From PVC group bacterium (GTDB lineage Bacteria > Omnitrophota > Gorgyraeia > B26-G9), in the NCBI GenBank assembly GCA_024231215.1, contig JAAEQR010000195.1:78755-142754 (forward strand): DNA of 64,000 bases, read 5' to 3'. Shown here piece after piece: positions 61,100 through 64,000 of the stretch. The position numbers and the translations under genes are program-made. The notes below the pieces were generated by a model that worked only from the letters and a program-made list of their open reading frames with translations, ran no database searches and was not told the origin of the DNA. Each line of letters starts with the position of its first letter. Position 1 is the stretch's first letter.

Positions 61100-62152
61100 A
61101 TGACTGTAGATATACAATCAAGAAGAGATAAAATACTTAGGGTTATTATTAATACCTATATAAATTCCGGTAATCCGGTAAGCTCAAGATCGGTATGTTC
61201 TCATTCCCGACTTGGGTTATGTTCTGCGTCGATCCGGAATGTTATGGCGGACTTAGAAGATATGGGAATGATAACTCACATGCATACATCTGCGGGCAGG
61301 GTGCCGACGGATAAAGGATATCGTTTTTATGTAGATGAGCTTTTAGACAATGCCGGACTTACTTCGAATGAACAGCAGAATATAAGCAAGGGTCTTATTG
61401 ATCGCCAGCTGATTTTAGAAGAAATTATTTCTAAGACTTCTAAGGTTCTTTCTGATTTTACAAAATACGCCGGAGTAGTTTCACATCCGGTGATTAAAAG
61501 AAGTTATTTTAAGCGTATTCAGTTTACTCCATTAGGGGAAGGCAAGATCTGCGTGACCTTGATTGCTAATACCGGAGTGGCTAAAAACTCGGTAGTTTCT
61601 TTAGGTTTTAAAATCCAAAAAGACAGTTTAAAGCGTATTGAAAACTTCATGAACAGTCAGTTAGAAAACGTACCTCTTAGTCAGATAAAGTCGAAATTAC
61701 GCCGGATGATGATTGAAGAACGAAATTCGTTCTTTTATATATTAAAGCAGGCAGCAGAACTTATTGATTTGAGCTTGTTGGTAAATGAAGATACCCGGGT
61801 TTATTTTGAAGGCTTAAGTAATATTCTTGATTTTCCGGAATTTGGAGAATCTGAAGTTATGCGGTCGTTAATAAAAGTTTTAGACCAAAAAAAGACATTA
61901 GCTGATTTAGTTCAGGATATTGTGGATGAAGAAGTTTCCAGTAAGAGGGTAAGAGTTTATATCGGCAAGGAAAACCCACATAGCTTTATGGGCGATTGCA
62001 CAATAATTCTTACCAGATATAAAATTGACGATGAAACAGTCGGCGGATTAGGAATTATCGGTCCTAAACGCATGAATTATGGTAAAACGATTGCTACGGT
62101 TGAGTATGTCTCTGATATTTTGAGCGAGATGTTGACTGAGCTTAGTATTTAA
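61100..62152 (+). CDS. hrcA: Heat-inducible transcriptional repressor HrcA
   Basis: PVSSR, SASIRNVMADLE..G, HTSAGRVPTDKGYRFYVD, GIIGPKRMNY; CIRCE upstream. Confidence 0.96.
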   Translation: MTVDIQSRRDKILRVIINTYINSGNPVSSRSVCSHSRLGLCSASIRNVMADLEDMGMITHMHTSAGRVPTDKGYRFYVDELLDNAGLTSNEQQNISKGLIDRQLILEEIISKTSKVLSDFTKYAGVVSHPVIKRSYFKRIQFTPLGEGKICVTLIANTGVAKNSVVSLGFKIQKDSLKRIENFMNSQLENVPLSQIKSKLRRMMIEERNSFFYILKQAAELIDLSLLVNEDTRVYFEGLSNILDFPEFGESEVMRSLIKVLDQKKTLADLVQDIVDEEVSSKRVRVYIGKENPHSFMGDCTIILTRYKIDDETVGGLGIIGPKRMNYGKTIATVEYVSDILSEMLTELSI

Positions 62153-62168
62153 GAAAGTTGATAAGACT

Positions 62169-62735
62169 ATGAAGAAAAAACCTAAAAATGATGAACAAGA
62201 AGAACAGGCTGAGTTGGAAACAAAAATTCCTGAGGTTCAGGAGGAAGAATCTGTAACTATTCCTAAAGCAGAGTATGAGGTGTTAAAGCATCAGGAACAG
62301 ATCGCAACTGAACGTATTGCTCGTATTCAGGCGGACTTTGATAATGCTCGCAAACGTATGGAACGTGATAAACTGGATTTTTTGCGGTTTTCAGAAGAGA
62401 ATATAATTTCTGAGCTAGTTCCGTTCATTGATGATTTTCAGCGTGCGTTTGCTGCGGCAGATAAGACAAAAGATTTTGATGTTCTGCACAAGGGAGTGGA
62501 AATGATCTTAAATCACCTGCTTGAGCTTTTAAAGAAAAAAGGAGTTAAGCCGATTGAAGCCGAAGGTAAGCTATTTGATCCTGCATATCATGAGGCAATG
62601 ATGCAGGTTGAATCAGAAGAACATCCGGAGAATACAGTTATTGAAGAATTGCAAAAAGGGTATATGTTGAATGATAAGGTTTTGCGTACAGCAAAAGTAA
62701 AGGTTAGTAAACAAACAGAAGAAGAAAAGGAATAA
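62169..62735 (+). CDS. grpE: Nucleotide exchange factor GrpE
   Basis: [37 protein letters not shown]. Confidence 0.95.
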   Translation: MKKKPKNDEQEEQAELETKIPEVQEEESVTIPKAEYEVLKHQEQIATERIARIQADFDNARKRMERDKLDFLRFSEENIISELVPFIDDFQRAFAAADKTKDFDVLHKGVEMILNHLLELLKKKGVKPIEAEGKLFDPAYHEAMMQVESEEHPENTVIEELQKGYMLNDKVLRTAKVKVSKQTEEEKE

Positions 62736-62754
62736 AAACAGGAGGGGAAATATC

Positions 62755-64000
62755 ATGGGAAAAGTAATTGGAATTGATTTAGGAACATCAAACTCAGCGG
62801 CATCTGTTTTAGAAGGAGGCAGACCGGTAATTATTCCTTCTGCGGAAGGAACAACCGTAGGCGGAGGAAAAGCATTTCCTTCTTATGTGGCATTTACAAA
62901 AGACGGACAGAGATTAGTTGGTGAGCCGGCACGTCGTCAGGCAGCGATTAATCCAACCGGTACAATCGTAGCGGCAAAAAGAAAAATGGGTATGGATTAT
63001 AAATTCGAAGCGCATGGACAGTCGTTCACTCCGCAGCAGATATCTGCGTTTATCTTGCAAAAGATCAAACAGGATGCCGAAGCATATTTGGGCGGTACGG
63101 TCGAAGAAGTTGTAGTTACTGTGCCGGCGTATTTTGATGACAATCAGAGAACCGCGACGATTGATGCAGGAGAAATTGCCGGGCTTAAAGTATTGCGTAT
63201 TATCAACGAGCCGACTGCTGCATGTCTTGCTTACGGTATGGATAAATCAGGAGCAGCAGAACAGAAAATAATGGTGTTTGATTTAGGCGGCGGAACATTA
63301 GATGTAACAGTTATGGAAATGGCTGAAGGTGTATTTGAAGTAAAATCAACACATGGAGATACTCAGCTTGGCGGAACCGATATGGATAACGCAGTGCTGA
63401 ATTATATTGCGGATGAGTTTAAAAAAGCAGAAGGACTTGATTTGCGTAATGATAAAATGGCGATGCAGAGATTACGCGAAGCTGCGGAAAAAGCAAAGAT
63501 TGAACTTTCAAGCACATTGACTACAGATCTTAATCTGCCGTTTATTACCGCAGATAGCACCGGTCCAAAACATCTTACGATGAGTCTTAATCGTGCAAAG
63601 TTAGAAGAACTTGTCGCGCCGATTATTGATCGTTGCAGTTCTCCAATGAAAGAGGCGATTAGTGATGCAAAGCTTGCTCCGAATCAGATTGATAAGATCA
63701 TCATGGTTGGCGGACCTACTCGGATGCCGATTGTTCAGAAGTTTGTAGAAGACTTTGTCGGTAAAAAGATTGAGCGTGGAATTGATCCTATGGAATGTGT
63801 GGCGATGGGCGCGGCGATTCAGGCAGGGATTATTAAAGGTGATGTGAAGGATGTTTTATTACTTGATGTTACTCCTCTTTCACTAGGGATTGAAACACTG
63901 GGTAGTGTTTGCACAAAATTAATTGAAAGAAATACAACAATTCCGACGAAAAAAAGCCAAGTGTTTTCAACCGCTGCAGATAACCAGTCAGCAGTAACGA
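62755..64000 (+). CDS. dnaK: Chaperone DnaK (Hsp70), truncated by the window end
   Basis: Manual translation gives [14 protein letters not shown]..., [45 protein letters not shown] ggagg. Absent from the ORF track because it has no stop in the window. Confidence 0.97.
   Translation, partial: MGKVIGIDLGTSNSAASVLEGGRPVIIPSAEGTTVGGGKAFPSYVAFTKDGQRLVGEPARRQAAINPTGTIVAAKRKMGMDYKFEAHGQSFTPQQISAFILQKIKQDAEAYLGGTVEEVVVTVPAYFDDNQRTATIDAGEIAGLKVLRIINEPTAACLAYGMDKSGAAEQKIMVFDLGGGTLDVTVMEMAEGVFEVKSTHGDTQLGGTDMDNAVLNYIADEFKKAEGLDLRNDKMAMQRLREAAEKAKIELSSTLTTDLNLPFITADSTGPKHLTMSLNRAKLEELVAPIIDRCSSPMKEAISDAKLAPNQIDKIIMVGGPTRMPIVQKFVEDFVGKKIERGIDPMECVAMGAAIQAGIIKGDVKDVLLLDVTPLSLGIETLGSVCTKLIERNTTIPTKKSQVFSTAADNQSAVT

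Overview
AT-rich bacterial chromosomal window with almost all genes on the + strand. Gene content suggests an anaerobe; the lineage may be Ca. Omnitrophota/PVC-like, but that is only an impression. In order, it contains: the end of gltB and gltD; an atypical Rho paralog lacking the N-terminal RNA-binding domain; a block of secreted or membrane hypothetical genes; an nfnAB-like/Cys-rich/icd-like/gdhA operon; an MBOAT-SGNH pair; a carA-carB-carB-purF-DUF1846-pyrG operon ending in a GAF-ANTAR gene; a (KKKVA)n histone H1-like gene; housekeeping and transport genes; three tRNAs; a large HEAT-repeat protein; a trehalose/alpha-glucan cluster; and hflX followed by CIRCE-hrcA-grpE-dnaK (partial). The main finding is that both nitrogen operons start with the same leader architecture: a sigma70 promoter, then a GAAC-AAAGGY-GTTC hexaloop hairpin that overlaps an intrinsic terminator. 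This matches an ANTAR antitermination target, and the GAF-ANTAR protein is encoded at the end of one of these operons. A further dual-hairpin ANTAR-like RNA lies just downstream. Together these suggest an RNA-level ammonium/glutamine regulon. No CRISPR array, integrase or transposase was seen.
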